A DNA stretch of 64,000 nt, from positions 12,772,001-12,836,000 of the forward strand of contig OX597822.1 in assembly GCA_951406725.2 (NCBI GenBank). Reading direction: 5' to 3'. The notes under the pieces were generated by a model. It saw only the letters and a list, made by a program, of their open reading frames with translations. It did not search any database and was not told the origin of the DNA. This document shows positions 12,322 through 25,126 of this stretch, piece after piece. A program made the position numbers and the translations under genes. How positions within the stretch are numbered: the first letter of the stretch is position 1; every line of letters starts with the position of its first letter. Origin of the DNA: Octopus vulgaris. Lineage: Eukaryota.

Positions 12322-12705
12322 GGAGGCGCAATGGCCCAGTGGTTAGGGCAGCGGACTCGCGGTCATAGGATCGCGGTTTCGATTCCCAGAGCGGGCGTTG
12401 TGGGTGTTTATTGAGCGAAAACACCTAAAAGTTCCACGAGGCTCCGGCAGGGGATGGTGGTGATCCCTGCTGTACTCTATCACCACAACTTTCTCTCACT
12501 CTTACTTCCTGTTTCTGTTGTACCTGTATTTCAAAGTGCCAGCCTTGTCACTTTCTGTGTCACGCTGAATATCCCCGAGAACTACGTTAAGGGTACACGT
12601 GTCTGTGGAGTGCTCAGCCACTTACACGTTAATTTCACGAGCAGGCTGTTCCGTTGATTCGGATCAACCGGAACCCTCGTCGTCGTAACCGAGGGCGTGC
12701 TTCCA
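12322..12705 (+). mobile_element. tRNA-derived SINE family B, full length
   Basis: Head ggaggcgcaatggcccagtggttagggcagcggactcgcggtc...ggtttcgattccc with boxes A and B. Near-identical to 46862-47243. Confidence 0.92.
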
Positions 12706-13125
12706 TCCATTGTTGTTGTTGTTGCTGTTTTGGTTTTGTATGTTTGTGTTGCTGTTGTTTGTCGTGTTGTGTTGCTGTTGTTTGTCGTAGCGTCCATCTT
12801 ATCCGTTTTTAAATAAGGTTTTTTTCATTCTCAGAGAGTCATTCTTATATGAAGCAAATTTTGGTGGTAACTATAAAACTTGTCTTTCATCAATATCTAG
12901 TTGAACTGCACCATGTATTCCAGGCGTGCAATTGTTGTTGTTGGTAGTTGTGGTGGCGGTATTGTTTTTCGGTGCCCTGGAGCCGAAGTCCTCTAGTCGT
13001 TCCCAATCCAACATGACGATCCTGTCGATATTTCTTAGGGACTCGTGTAGAATCACACCATGCTGAGATCGTTGATGTTTCATCCACAAAAGTGTTTGTT
13101 ATTGGCATGGCTTACTCAGCGGCAT

Positions 13126-13200
<75 letters not shown>

Positions 13201-13206
<6 letters not shown>

Positions 13207-13484
13207 CAATGGCCCAATGGTTAGGGAAGCGGACTCGAACCCAGACCGGGCATGGTGAGTGTTTATTGAACGAAAACACCTAAAACTCCACCAGGCTCTG
13301 GCAGGGGTGAGAGCGATCCCTGCTGTACTCTTTCGCCAAAACTTCCACTCACTCTTTCGTCTGTTGGCCTGCTCGCTTAGCCAGCGGGGTGGCGTCATTT
13401 GAAGCCTAAAAGAATGCGAAGCGCATTGTGACCAGCGATGTGTAGCAACATCTGATAGCCTGGTCGGTCATGGCGATCACGGTG

Positions 13485-13487
<3 letters not shown>
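13201..13487 (+). mobile_element. SINE with B-type head and alternative tail C
   Basis: Head matches 12322. The tail gttggcctgctcgcttagccagcggggtgg...ctggtcggtca recurs antisense at 38378-38493. Confidence 0.8.
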
Positions 13488-13539
<52 letters not shown>

Positions 13540-13542
<3 letters not shown>

Positions 13543-14590
13543 GAAAGTTAAATTGAAAGCTAGTATAGTATATTTATTATTATTATTATAATAAAATGTT
13601 AAAATTTGAAAAATATAGGAATACTCACAATTTTTATTTAAAGTATTTAAACGTTGGGGTTGTGGAATGTATGCAAGATTTCACCGACTCCAGACGATTA
13701 TTCAACAGATTTATATTACTCTGATGTTTTAAAATTTCATAAGTTTCCCTAGAATCAACCTAAAATGGGATATAGTTAGAAGGCCGAAACCTTATAGAAA
13801 TAGTAGGGAAGGTTGTCAGCTTTGTTCTATGGAAACTTATGAAATTTTAAAACATCAGAGTAATATAAATCTGTTGAATAATCGTCTGTAGTCGGGAGTA
13901 TCTTGCATACATTCCACAAGCCGAACGTTTAAATACTTTAATAAAAATTGTGAGTATTCCTATATTTTTCAAATTTTAACTTTTTATTATAATAATAATA
14001 AGAAATATACTATACTTGGTTTCAATTTAACTTTCATAGATGACTAAAGAACTTCACTGTAAACTTGAAATTGGAATTTTTTCTAAATCTAATCTAGTTT
14101 TAAAATTAAGAAAGATCTCCCCCTGTTATAAAATACTATACCTACTCATAAAAATTAATAAGAGTTTTTTCCCTACTCTCTGTAAAGGGGATTAATGACC
14201 TTTTGACACTGACCTAGTTCCTCTCACCAAATAGCAGTAATTGGCATTTTGTTAGTGGCAACTTGAATTCCTTTTATGGTATTCTGAAACCTCCCCTACT
14301 CATTCCTACAACTAAAAATCTTTATTACATCTATTCTTATAGCAGTCAGACACAACCATAGCTTGATCAGTCAGTGGCTGGACTTCACAACCTCAGATGT
14401 TCTTAAAATTTAAATCTACATTTTTATCTGTATATCTACCTTCTCTATAGTGTTACTACTTGATTTGAAAGCCCTTGTACTATTGTATAATTGACTGATG
14501 AGCACTCAGCATCTTAAATCTGCTGTAATACTTACAACTTTTAATAAAATGATGTAGTGCAAACCAATTGTACCAAATTACCTGGAGTCA
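13540..14590 (+). mobile_element. Penelope-like 3' fragment with an inverted 5' copy
   Basis: From ~13755 the frame reads INLKWDIVRRPKPYRNSREGCQLCSMETYEILKHQSNINLLNNRL*..SCIH (GIY-YIG tail). 13540-13754 is an inverted copy of 13825-14038. Decayed HHR at 14491-14576. Flanked by (TA)n. Confidence 0.85.
14491..14576 (+). ncRNA. Degenerate hammerhead motif
   Basis: ttga-CTGATGA-gcact...agtgc-AAAC-caattg-TA-ccaa. Stem II and the palindromic stem III are retained; the GAAA core is mutated. Confidence 0.6.
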
Positions 14591-14609
14591 TTCTTGTTGC
14601 TTATTTTTG

Positions 14610-14646
<37 letters not shown>

Positions 14647-14659
14647 GTATATATATATG

Positions 14660-15205
14660 GAGTTGTAAGGTACCGCACGAGTGGAATTATATATGAAAGA
14701 AGGTTTGAAAATGCAATTTTAAAAGATGTTTATTTACTTTACCGGTTTCACTTTTTAGAAAAAGTTTGTCAAAAGTAACATGTAAAAGTTTGGTTGTGTT
14801 AATTATTGGTTGTCACAAAATGCTACAATACATATATACATTCTTTGGAAAGAAGAACAAGTTAAGAACATAAAAAAGTTTAACAAGTTCATTAAAATAT
14901 TGGGCACAAAATATTACAACATATATATACATTCTCAAGAAAATGTTAAAGATAGTTTCCAGAAGGAATTATTGAAAAGTTCAGTGGAATATTGGTATTG
15001 TATCCGTATATACATACACACACAGAATATTATAAATTCAAAAACGTTTACATTATAGTAGTAGGGTAGCTTAAACTGACCTGGTCCACCATGTTATCGT
15101 AAAAGACTATTTTCTATTTCAAGGGACACTGTAGGTGTGTTTGGGTGGGGGGAAGGAAGAGTAATATGGAACTGTATGGAATTTTTTTTGTCTCTAAGAT
15201 ACTTA
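14660..15205 (-). mobile_element. PLE-type 3' end with degenerate hammerhead (14734-14778)
   Basis: Minus strand: ttactt-TTGACAA-acttttt-ct-aaaaagt-GAAA-ccgg-TA-aagtaa. Stems are perfect but the first core is decayed. Bounded by TA-rich tracts. Confidence 0.6.
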
Positions 15206-15240
15206 TATATACGCATACTTATATATATTTATATGTATAT

Positions 15241-15277
<37 letters not shown>

Positions 15278-15490
15278 GTTAATCCAAACATGAAAACACA
15301 AAGAGAAAACACAACAACGCGAGGACGTGGAACAAATATAGTATTATTGGACGCTGACGAAGGAAATGAAGAAGGAGGGTTTAACGTTTCGAGCGGAGCG
15401 CTTCGTCAGAAACATAGGAAAAGGAAAGATCCAGAGAAGGGAAGACGGAGGAAAGAAATCGCCAACGGTACACACGCGGTCACATTTTGA
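15278..15490 (-). mobile_element. ~200-bp non-coding HHR mini-element (copy 1)
   Basis: Homologous to 30397-30596 in the opposite orientation. (TA)n on both sides. Confidence 0.85.
15379..15413 (-). ncRNA. Minimal type-I hammerhead ribozyme
   Basis: gttt-CTGACGA-a-gcgc-tcc-gctc-GAAA-cgtt-aaac. Intact core, stem I gttt/aaac, palindromic stem III, one stem II mismatch. Confidence 0.8.
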
Positions 15491-15510
15491 ATATATATAT
15501 ATATATATAT

Positions 15511-15642
15511 ATTTATTATATAGAAGGAGCTTCTACAGGACTAGTACTGTTTCATTCAAGAGAAATCTTCAGGAAGCTTCCTGAAGATTTCTCTTGAATG
15601 AAACAGTACTAGTCCTGTAGAAGCTCCTTCTATATAATAAAT
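15511..15642. repeat. Perfect 132-bp palindrome containing an HHR-like core
   Basis: Centre gaag|cttc at 15576/15577. Right arm reads CTGAAGA-t-ttc-tctt-gaa-t-GAAA-c-agtact-a-GTC. The element continues to 15710, then (TA)n. Confidence 0.93.
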
Positions 15643-15707
15643 TAATTTTACTCTGCTATGTATTGAGTACCTTACTTACTGTGGTTAACCCCGAATCAAC
15701 CCGGGAC

Positions 15708-15812
<105 letters not shown>

Positions 15813-16150
15813 ATACAAGTATCTGTATATATAAGTATCTGTATATATAAGTATATGCATACGAACAAAGAGACATGCATACATACATTTATGCATCACA
15901 AAATGCTGAGCACAGCTTTTATTATACAACGCCAAAGCGATTGCAGTACGAGATGTTATCAGATATGTACACGCAGGTGTAGGAAATGATTTTTGTATAT
16001 CTCCTTCGGGTCCCTACAAAACCCCTTTCCATTCCACATAAAGTACATTTTTGATAACATTGCAGATAGCTTCACAGCATTGATGCATGAACACATAACC
16101 ACGGATAAAACAAATACATACATACGTACGTACATACATACTTATATACG

Positions 16151-16181
<31 letters not shown>

Positions 16182-16349
16182 ATTTATGTAAACATACATG
16201 CATATATATATACATATTTATGCCTATATATATATACATATATTTATATACATACATACATACATACACACACACATATATATATATATATGTATCTATA
16301 TATATATACATACATATATATAAATATATATATATATACATATATATAA

Positions 16350-16380
<31 letters not shown>

Positions 16381-16383
16381 CAT

Positions 16384-16444
<61 letters not shown>

Positions 16445-17142
16445 CCTTTATATATACATTTACTTAAGTATGTATGTATCCTTTGAGGTTCTGTGAATTA
16501 ATGCTGCAGTGTGTGTGTCGTTCATGAAGCATTCGTATCTGTGTTCTTGTTCTTGTGAAGCTTTCTTCTAAACAACGTCGTGAAATAACTGTTTCTATGA
16601 TACATACATTAACTTCATGCATATATGTCTGTGTGCGTGTGTGTGTGTGTGTTTGCATGTGAATGTGTGCGTGCTTATGTGTGTGGATTTATTTATATTT
16701 CTACCTATATAACTGTAGCTATCGCTTAATTCATCACCATTGCCAAGTTTTTACACGTGAGGAGATTAGTGTTGAGAATGAGAAAGTGAGAGAGAGAGAG
16801 AGAGGGTGTGTGTGTGTGTGTATGTGAGGGATATATCTAACTCTGAAATCAGAAAAGAATTCCAACATGCATTTAAACGCGAACACATGCATACACATAT
16901 ATCAAACAGCTATATGCAAACACATTCACATCAATACTTACGCACACAGATAAATGTGCATATATATACATAAGTGTGTTTGTGTATGTGTGTGTGTTTG
17001 TATGCATATATATATTTGTACTCATTTTTCTATTTGCATATATATATATATATTGTCACAAATATATATCTTTCTTTGACAATTTGTACTTATCTGAAAA
17101 TCACAAGGTATGCGTGTGTATGTGTATATCTGTATACATACA

Positions 17143-17250
<108 letters not shown>

Positions 17251-17488
17251 CATATATATATACACACATATTTATATATACATATATATATATACACATA
17301 TATACATATATATATATACACACATATATATGTATGTATATATACATATATACATATATATAGGTGTATATATACATCTACATGTATATATGTATGTATA
17401 TATATATATATATATATTTGTATGTATATATATATTTATGTGTGTGTGTGTATATACATATATATATACACACACACGCATATATTTT

Positions 17489-17532
<44 letters not shown>

Positions 17533-17533
<1 letters not shown>

Positions 17534-17638
17534 TGTTGAAAATGGTTAAAACGAATTATTTTTCTTATGAACACCTGAGCACATTTCGCACATTCTCGTC
17601 TTTTTGTTTTCTGTCTTCCGATATACATTAACACATGC

Positions 17639-17675
<37 letters not shown>

Positions 17676-17795
17676 TATAAATGCATGTGTTAATGTATAT
17701 CGGAAGACAGAAAACAAAAAGACGAGAATGTGCGAAATGTGCTCAGGTGTTCATAAGAAAAATAATTCGAGCTTTATTTTAACCATTTTCAACAA
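17533..17795. repeat. Inverted duplication (~110-bp arms) centred on (TA)n
   Basis: The arms are reverse complements except for a 7-bp indel. Centre TA tract at ~17641-17680. Confidence 0.95.
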
Positions 17796-18214
17796 GTTCC
17801 TTACAATTGCTGAAAGAGATAAGTAAGATTAAATGTTCCAACATGAAAATATACTGCAAAAATGCTGTTTGTCACTTCATTGATTCAAAAAAAATATTAA
17901 ATAGAGAAAAAATAAATCTAAATTGAAAATAATATAATAACTGCAGCAAGTGTACCAGTTGGCAGAATTCTTCAAAGGAAAATGCAACGGCGCCATAATT
18001 TCGGTATATTTATTTATTTGTCAATCCCTTTCTTCTTTTTCATTACAACCGTTAATATAACGATGACTATCAGCTTTATTACTGTTAAAGCTTTTGTCAT
18101 GTGTGTGAATGTGTGTGTTTACATGCATACAAATGTGCATGCTTGTATGTATGTATTTATATGTATATATACCTATGTGTGTCTATATATACACACACAT
18201 ATACATATTCTTTT

Positions 18215-18561
18215 ATTCTTTTGTTCTTTTAATTGTTTCAGTCATTTGGCTGCGGCCATGCTGGAGCACCGCCTTTAGTCCACCAAATCTTACACATGAC
18301 TTACTCTTTGTAAGCCTGGTACTTATTCTATCGGATTCTTTTGCCGAACCGCTAAATTACGGCTACGTAAACACATCAACTTCGGTTGTCAAGTGTATCT
18401 ATACGACAGGCTTCTTTCAGTTTCCGTCTACCAAATCCACTCACAAAGCTTTGGTTGAACCGAAGCTAGAGAAGAAAACACTTGTCCAAAGTGCCATGCG
18501 GTGTGACTGAAACCGAGACCATGTGGTTGCTAAGCAAGCTATTTACCACAAAGCTACGCCT

Positions 18562-18565
<4 letters not shown>
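18215..18565 (-). mobile_element. SINE family A
   Basis: Reverse match to 41464-41880. Confidence 0.88.
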
Positions 18566-18632
<67 letters not shown>

Positions 18633-18894
18633 AAATATGGAATAAACAAAGATTATATATCTTTTTTAACTCTCCGTTTGATGAGCAATGGGAAATTGGT
18701 CCTTATTTCAATTATGTTGAAAGAAGAAAACCTTATTTTGTACAAACTTGTATATCTTTATTATCGAGGCTCTAATATAGTCTTAAATCCCGTAAAACAA
18801 ATCTGTAGTTTTTATCTTTTCCCTTTCTCTATCTCTATCCACCACTAAGATATTTTCTACTTTAATATGTGACAATTATTCAGTTTCTATAATA

Positions 18895-18953
18895 ATAAGA
18901 CTCCAAGTTTCGGATGTCGGGATCGAAACTTGCTCCGGCATCTCGTCAGTTAT
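18895..18953 (-). ncRNA. Type-I hammerhead ribozyme in a PLE-like 3' end (~18640-19035)
   Basis: ataa-CTGACGA-gatgccgg...ccgacatc-c-GAAA-cttgga-GTC-ttat. Intact core and GUC site. Same family as 38597-38800. Confidence 0.8.
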
Positions 18954-19161
18954 CGAGGCAATCGAACAATGACCGTTAAGTAAGGGGAAAAAACGGAGAG
19001 AAAGGAAGAAGTAAAAATTCTGATAGCAATCGCGTGTGTGCGTATGTACATGCATACACATACCGGCGCGCAAACCCACGTACATGTGCCTATGAGCATA
19101 TGCTCACTCACACTCGCATCGAACGCCAAGAAATGCATATATATATATATATGTATGTATA

Positions 19162-19459
19162 TGGAGGCGCATATGGATAGGGCAGCGGACTCGCGGTCGG
19201 AGGATCGCGGTTTCGATTCCCAGACCGGGCGTTGTGTGTGTTTATTGAGCGGAAACACCTAAAAGCCCCACAAAGCTCCGGCAGGGGTGGGGGTGACCCC
19301 TGTTGTACTTTTTCGCCACAACTTTCTCTCACTCTTCCTGTTTCTTGAGTAACGCTGCGATGGACTGGCGTCCCATCCAGCTGGGGGAAACACATACGCG
19401 ACAGAAACCGGGAAACCGGGCCCACGAGCCTGCCTAGGCTTGATAACGGCGACGTTGAT

Positions 19460-19463
<4 letters not shown>
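19162..19463 (+). mobile_element. SINE with B-type head and tail D (V/Meta-like gctgcgatggactggcgtcccatccag motif)
   Basis: Head matches 12322/46862 up to ...ctctcactcttcctgtttct, then diverges. Confidence 0.8.
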
Positions 19464-19536
<73 letters not shown>

Positions 19537-19566
19537 TATTTTTATATATATATATAAATATATATA

Positions 19567-19602
<36 letters not shown>

Positions 19603-19626
19603 TGTGTATATACATGTTTATATGTT

Positions 19627-19674
<48 letters not shown>

Positions 19675-21951
19675 CACACACATATATTTTATATACTTTA
19701 GCACAATGTGGTGCCTATTTACACGCAGATGGACAGAGCCAGAATTGATAAGGATGTTACATGTCCATGGCTATAAGAGTCCATAGGTGAAAGATTAGAT
19801 ACAAGCTGCTGAAATTTCCTCGATTAAACCAACACGCTGTCCACCCATCACCCTTTTATTTTTACTTCATCTCAACAAATCGCCTATCATTTTGAATAAT
19901 GTTTTTGCATTGCCCAAAGTTAAATTTGAACGTGAGGTTCACAATCAACTGGTTAAGGTATTTAATAATTTTCTACGCCATTTGTTCCTTTTGTAGTATT
20001 CTAATAAATTCAGATATTCAAATAACTATGTAATCCGTAGTTGTTCACTCTCACACTTAATTGGGTTCCTAATAAACCTCTTCCTTTCTTTCTGTTGTTC
20101 TTTCCCTTTCACTCCAGCATATTTTCCGTTCTCACTTTTCCGCTTAACAAACCAAGCCCGCAGATCTAAAGGAAATTTGCATGCTGAAGTTGAGCGCTCG
20201 TTTAGCTTTGAAGCGAGCATAACAATATCAGAGCAGACGAATAGCGCACTGAGGGTGACGGAGCGCTGCATAACAAGGTATGTAACTAAATACGTTATAG
20301 AATTTGGTTTTCTCCCTCGGGGTCCAGGGTTCTAAATTTTCTTCTCTCGATTTTGGTGTTCCTTCTTACAGTTCCCGATTAAATGAGTGCTAATAATGTA
20401 CATGAGCAATTTCCTTTTGATCGTTTATACAGCTTCTTAACAAAAATGCTCACTACCTATGAAACAAATCGGTTTTATAACGGTAAAGAAATCGATAATA
20501 ATTTTTAATTTCAGTCAGTTTCATTTTATATACATCGTTAAGAATATCTAAGAACGGAATGAGATTGGGAAACTTCGATTTTGATGATGTCTACATGTCG
20601 AAAATATAAGGGTGAGCAAAAATATTGTAACGTGTGGGTCTGTTGCATAAAGACGCACACTCGTCTATTTACACGCATATGGCATGGACACACACACACG
20701 CACACACACCCAAATAAACTGAAAAGGCATACACACGCACATAGACATATTACCATTTTCTATAATATATGAATATGAATATGAAAAACAAAAATCAATA
20801 TTTCGAAACACATTCCCGTATATCTGTAGATGTTCATATATTTATTGCAGCCTGTTTAACTCTCACCAACATACAGTATAAGATGTGGTAAGTGTTCGTC
20901 TGATTGTTTCATCTCTGTTTCACAACCAGTGTTAGTTTCTTTAATCCCCATCATTTTAGCGGTTCAGTAACCGAAATCATTAGAAAAAGAACCAAACTTT
21001 AAAAGTATACACTGGAGTTAATTTCTTGCACTCCAAAGCGGTGCTATAGAATGGTTGCAGTCCAATGACTGAAATAAATAAACGTTAGGATATTGATTTC
21101 AAATTTTGATTCAAGAACAGCAAGTTGAGGGCAGCGTGGTAAATCGATTGCATCGACCTCAGTGCTCCACTGGTATTTATTTTATCGACCCTCAAAAGAT
21201 GAAAGTTGGTGGAAATTGAATTCGCAACATAAAGACAGACGAAATGGTGCTAAGCATTGTGCCCAGAGTGCTAACGGTTCTACCATCTAGCCGCCGTAGT
21301 AAACAATTAAATATTTAAAAGATAAAGGATAAAAGCCTGAAGTGTGGGAAAGATAAGCGAGAGGCATTTGATTGAAGAAAGTGGTTAGAGCTACATGCGA
21401 ATGCGTTAGAGGGACATGCGAACGTCAGACCGTGTTGCGAGGTAATATTTTGCACGAGGAGAGATGTGCAACCACAGGAGCAGATGCAGATAAAGTTTGC
21501 AGCATGTTTGAGGTAAGGTGTGAAAGAAATGAGGATGAGGATCACCAATGTCGAGTTCGCGTCAAAAGAACGCCAGTGTTTGTTAAGGAAATTTGGGGTA
21601 AGCGGCTTGGACGGAAGTGATTTGGTTGAGAGGCAATTCTGACGCGTGGTGGTGCTGGTAGTGGTGTTGTGGGTGGGGTTGAAGTCCACTCAATAGGTAT
21701 GGTGTGATAGCGAGAGTAATTGGCAAATAGGTAACCACATGGAAGAGTGGTACTCCGTCGGTTACGACGACGAGCGTTCCAGTTGATCCCCATACAAGAT
21801 AAAAATAGACCATTTAGTGGAATTTAATCTCGAAATCAGAAACACTTGCTGTGGAGGAGAGGAATTGAGAAAAGCGAATAAGTGAGTTGATCTGGGCTTG
21901 AAACAGATACCGATGGTACAAGCTATGTGTGATGTGGTTAATTGAAGTGGT

Positions 21952-22272
21952 GAAGGCGCGTAATTTAGTGGTTAATGTATTCGGCTCACAGTCGGAAGGT
22001 GGTGAGTTCGATTCCCGGTGGAGCGTTGTGATCTTGAGCAAGACACTTTATTTCACGTTGCCCCAGTTCACTCAGCTGACAAACATGAGTTGTAGGTGTA
22101 ATTCAAAGGGCCATCCTTGTCGTATTCTATGTCACGCTGAATCTTCCTGGGAAGTACGTTAAAGGTACTCCTGTCTATGGGATGTTCAGCCATTTGCACG
22201 TTAATTTCACGAGCAGGCTCTTTTGTTGTCGGATCAACTAGAATCCTCGTGGTTACAAAGGGTGGAGTGCCG
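21952..22272 (+). mobile_element. SINE with C-type head and B-type tail
   Basis: gaaggcgcgtaatttagtgg...gagttcgattccc...ttgagcaagacactttatttcacgttg, then the family-B tail. Homolog at 30696-31017; antisense copies at ~27000-27225 and ~39615-39925. Confidence 0.8.
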
Positions 22273-22699
22273 GTATTCTTTGGGGTTTTTTTCGGAAGGA
22301 ATGTGAGAAAACGTGTTGTGCTGGTATGAGATCTAGGTATTATTGGGGACACAAACACTTCTACAAAATACGATACACACAACCCAATTTTATACTAGAA
22401 CGTAGAAACCAAAGTGACCGTTGGAGCACCTCGCCACATGCGAAGCAGCAAAAACCCAGTCTTGGTCTTTGGTCGAAGGTGTGCACCCTCCATTGTCCTA
22501 GATAGTCAAATGTTAAATCTGAGGGGCAATCATACTCGATTCCGAAGGATATTGACAATGATAGATAATGGTGAACGTAGCTTTAAATATCTGTATCAAA
22601 TAACATCGACACATATTGATAGTAACTACTTCGCCATATTTTAGAGAGTGTACCTGTAAATGTATAACGTGTGCTTGAATAAATGAGCTTCTATCTTTT

Positions 22700-23125
22700 A
22701 TAGTTTACTTGTGTCGGTCATTGGAACGCGGCAATAATGGAGCACAGCCTCGAAGTAGATTTGCCGGAAAATCTACCCCAATACTTATTAGATTTTTAGC
22801 CTGGTACTTATTTTATTGATCTGTTTTGGTGGACTGCCAGGTTAAGAGGACGTAAACAAACCAACACCAGTGCTCGATCGGTGTTGGGGACAGACACAAA
22901 CACCGATTTACATATATATACTTCTATACTTCTATATATGTGCGTGTGTGCTTGTGTGTATGTATGTGTGGGGGGCTTCTCTTAGTTTCCGTCCATCAAA
23001 ACCATTGACAAGGTTTTGTCGGCCAGGGCAATTGTAGAAGATAGCTGCCCATGGTGCCATGCTGTGGATAAAACCCAGAATCATGTGGTTGGGAAGCAAG
23101 TTGGTTAACACAAAAACACGCCTGC
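22700..23125 (-). mobile_element. SINE family A, old copy
   Basis: Diverged reverse match along its full length. Confidence 0.75.
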
Positions 23126-23609
23126 CTCTGGATCATTACTACAAAGATCCACGCATGCGCCAAGGATCACAGCTTCCAGTCTTATATAAAGGGAGGCTGA
23201 CATATCGAATGGTAGCATTTTGGACTCACTTTACATGAAAAAATAAACAAGCAAAAAAAAGAGATCTGGTCCAATGGGACAGACTCGTTTCTAAATAACA
23301 ACAACAACAACAACAGCAACAACACGAAGTATAACATCATCAACAACAGCAGCGTTTTGTCTCTGCAATTTATAACAGAAAGGGTTTTATATTTAAAGAA
23401 AAGAAATGGCTTGCATAGTGCTGTTACTGATTCAGACAGAATTATTAATTTAATCTATCACTCATCCGCACTCTCTCTTTCCACATACATACATACATAC
23501 ATACATACATACATACATACACAGAGACACACACATATGTATGCAAATATTCGTATCTGCGTATGTATGTTCCTGTATGTGAGTGTATACATATATATCT
23601 TTGCCTGTC

Positions 23610-23697
<88 letters not shown>

Positions 23698-24500
23698 ATA
23701 TGTATGTATCTGGAATCATAGCCGCACAGAAATATACTCACTTTTCCTGTCCACATACGTTTGTATACAGATCATGGAAAGGAGAGCGTATTACCGAGTA
23801 CATAAGCCAGTTCTTGTCAATAAGAATTATTCTTTAGACATGTTACTCTCAGACTCCCACTTTCCCCCAGTCTTTCTCTCTCCCTCCATCTCCCTTCCCA
23901 TCTCTCTCGCCTCCTCTCACTCTCTCTCCTCGTTGATTGCATTAAATTTCAGCGAACGAGTCATGTCTACGAAAATGATGAATATCCTATTATTGTTTTA
24001 AGAGAATAGAATGAAACGGAGGGAAAATGCTTCCGGTGTTTTGTCACAAGTTGTCATCTCGAGTCTCGACATAGATTCTGATACTTGTCAAAGTGTCTGA
24101 CAATGGAATTCAACAGAACCGATGTCACTTGAAACTAGATGGAACATATCAGGAAAAATTATTTTTCTCGATCGCAATATCAAATATTTCCCTCACATCT
24201 ACACACACTGACTGTTCATCCACTCACTCACATGCATACATACAAACACACATACATACATACATACAAACATACATACATGCTTCTATACATACATACA
24301 CATAAAACATACGCAGAAATATATGCGTGTGTCTGCATGTATATGATTATCAACATATCCATACTTATATACACACATATATGTGTGCATATATCTATAC
24401 ACGTATATGTATCTATGTATATATACATACAGAAATATATACACATAACATATATACATACGTGTGTGTGTCTTTATATATATATATATATATATATATA

Positions 24501-24893
24501 CTAGCAGTATCGCCCGGCGTTGCTCGGGTTTCTAAGGGAAATAACTATATAAGCATTTTTAGAGATGTAAAGTATAATAGCCATCTCAATATGGCTAACC
24601 ACAAAGGCGGGGGGTGTTACTGTAGCTTTTTACGTTCTGAGATTTAATAATAAATTTTTGGAGAGTTACTTCCCTTATATATGCCAAAAATGCATTAAAA
24701 ATGGGAAAAGTTGATGGTAATTTTTTTTTAAATCGTAGACTCATCGTAGACGCGCGCTAATACCCAGAAGGGCTCGATATGAATCACGACTATAAGATAC
24801 CCGGTTTTGGTTAAACTGCACCGCAAAATGTGGGAGTAGTTAAGAATCTAAATCGTAGGAGACAGCACACAACCTCTCTTTTATATATAAAGA
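24501..24893 (-). mobile_element. Non-autonomous Helitron (393 bp)
   Basis: Minus strand begins A|TCTTTATATATAAAAG and ends with hairpin cccgagcaacgccggg, then cgatactgCTAG|T in a TA tract. The 3' end resembles 5138-5165. Confidence 0.9.
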
Positions 24894-25126
24894 TATTAAC
24901 ATGTATATGAGTGGATGATATCTTGATTGACAGGAGCTATGTGTACAAAATATAAATGCGTACGTGTATGTGTGTGTGTGTGAAAATGTGTAGTGATGTA
25001 TGTATGTGTTTATGTGTAATTTCTCTGTCTCACGTGTTCGTCTTACTAAAATTGTACATAGGACCAATAGAGTATTTACAAATATAAATACCGAGTCATA
25101 TACAAATACATGCACACACACAGATA

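Noticed and set aside
21325-21700. Possible RTE-like LINE 3' remnant
   Set aside because: Purine-rich with suggestive composition, but no unambiguous motif could be read.
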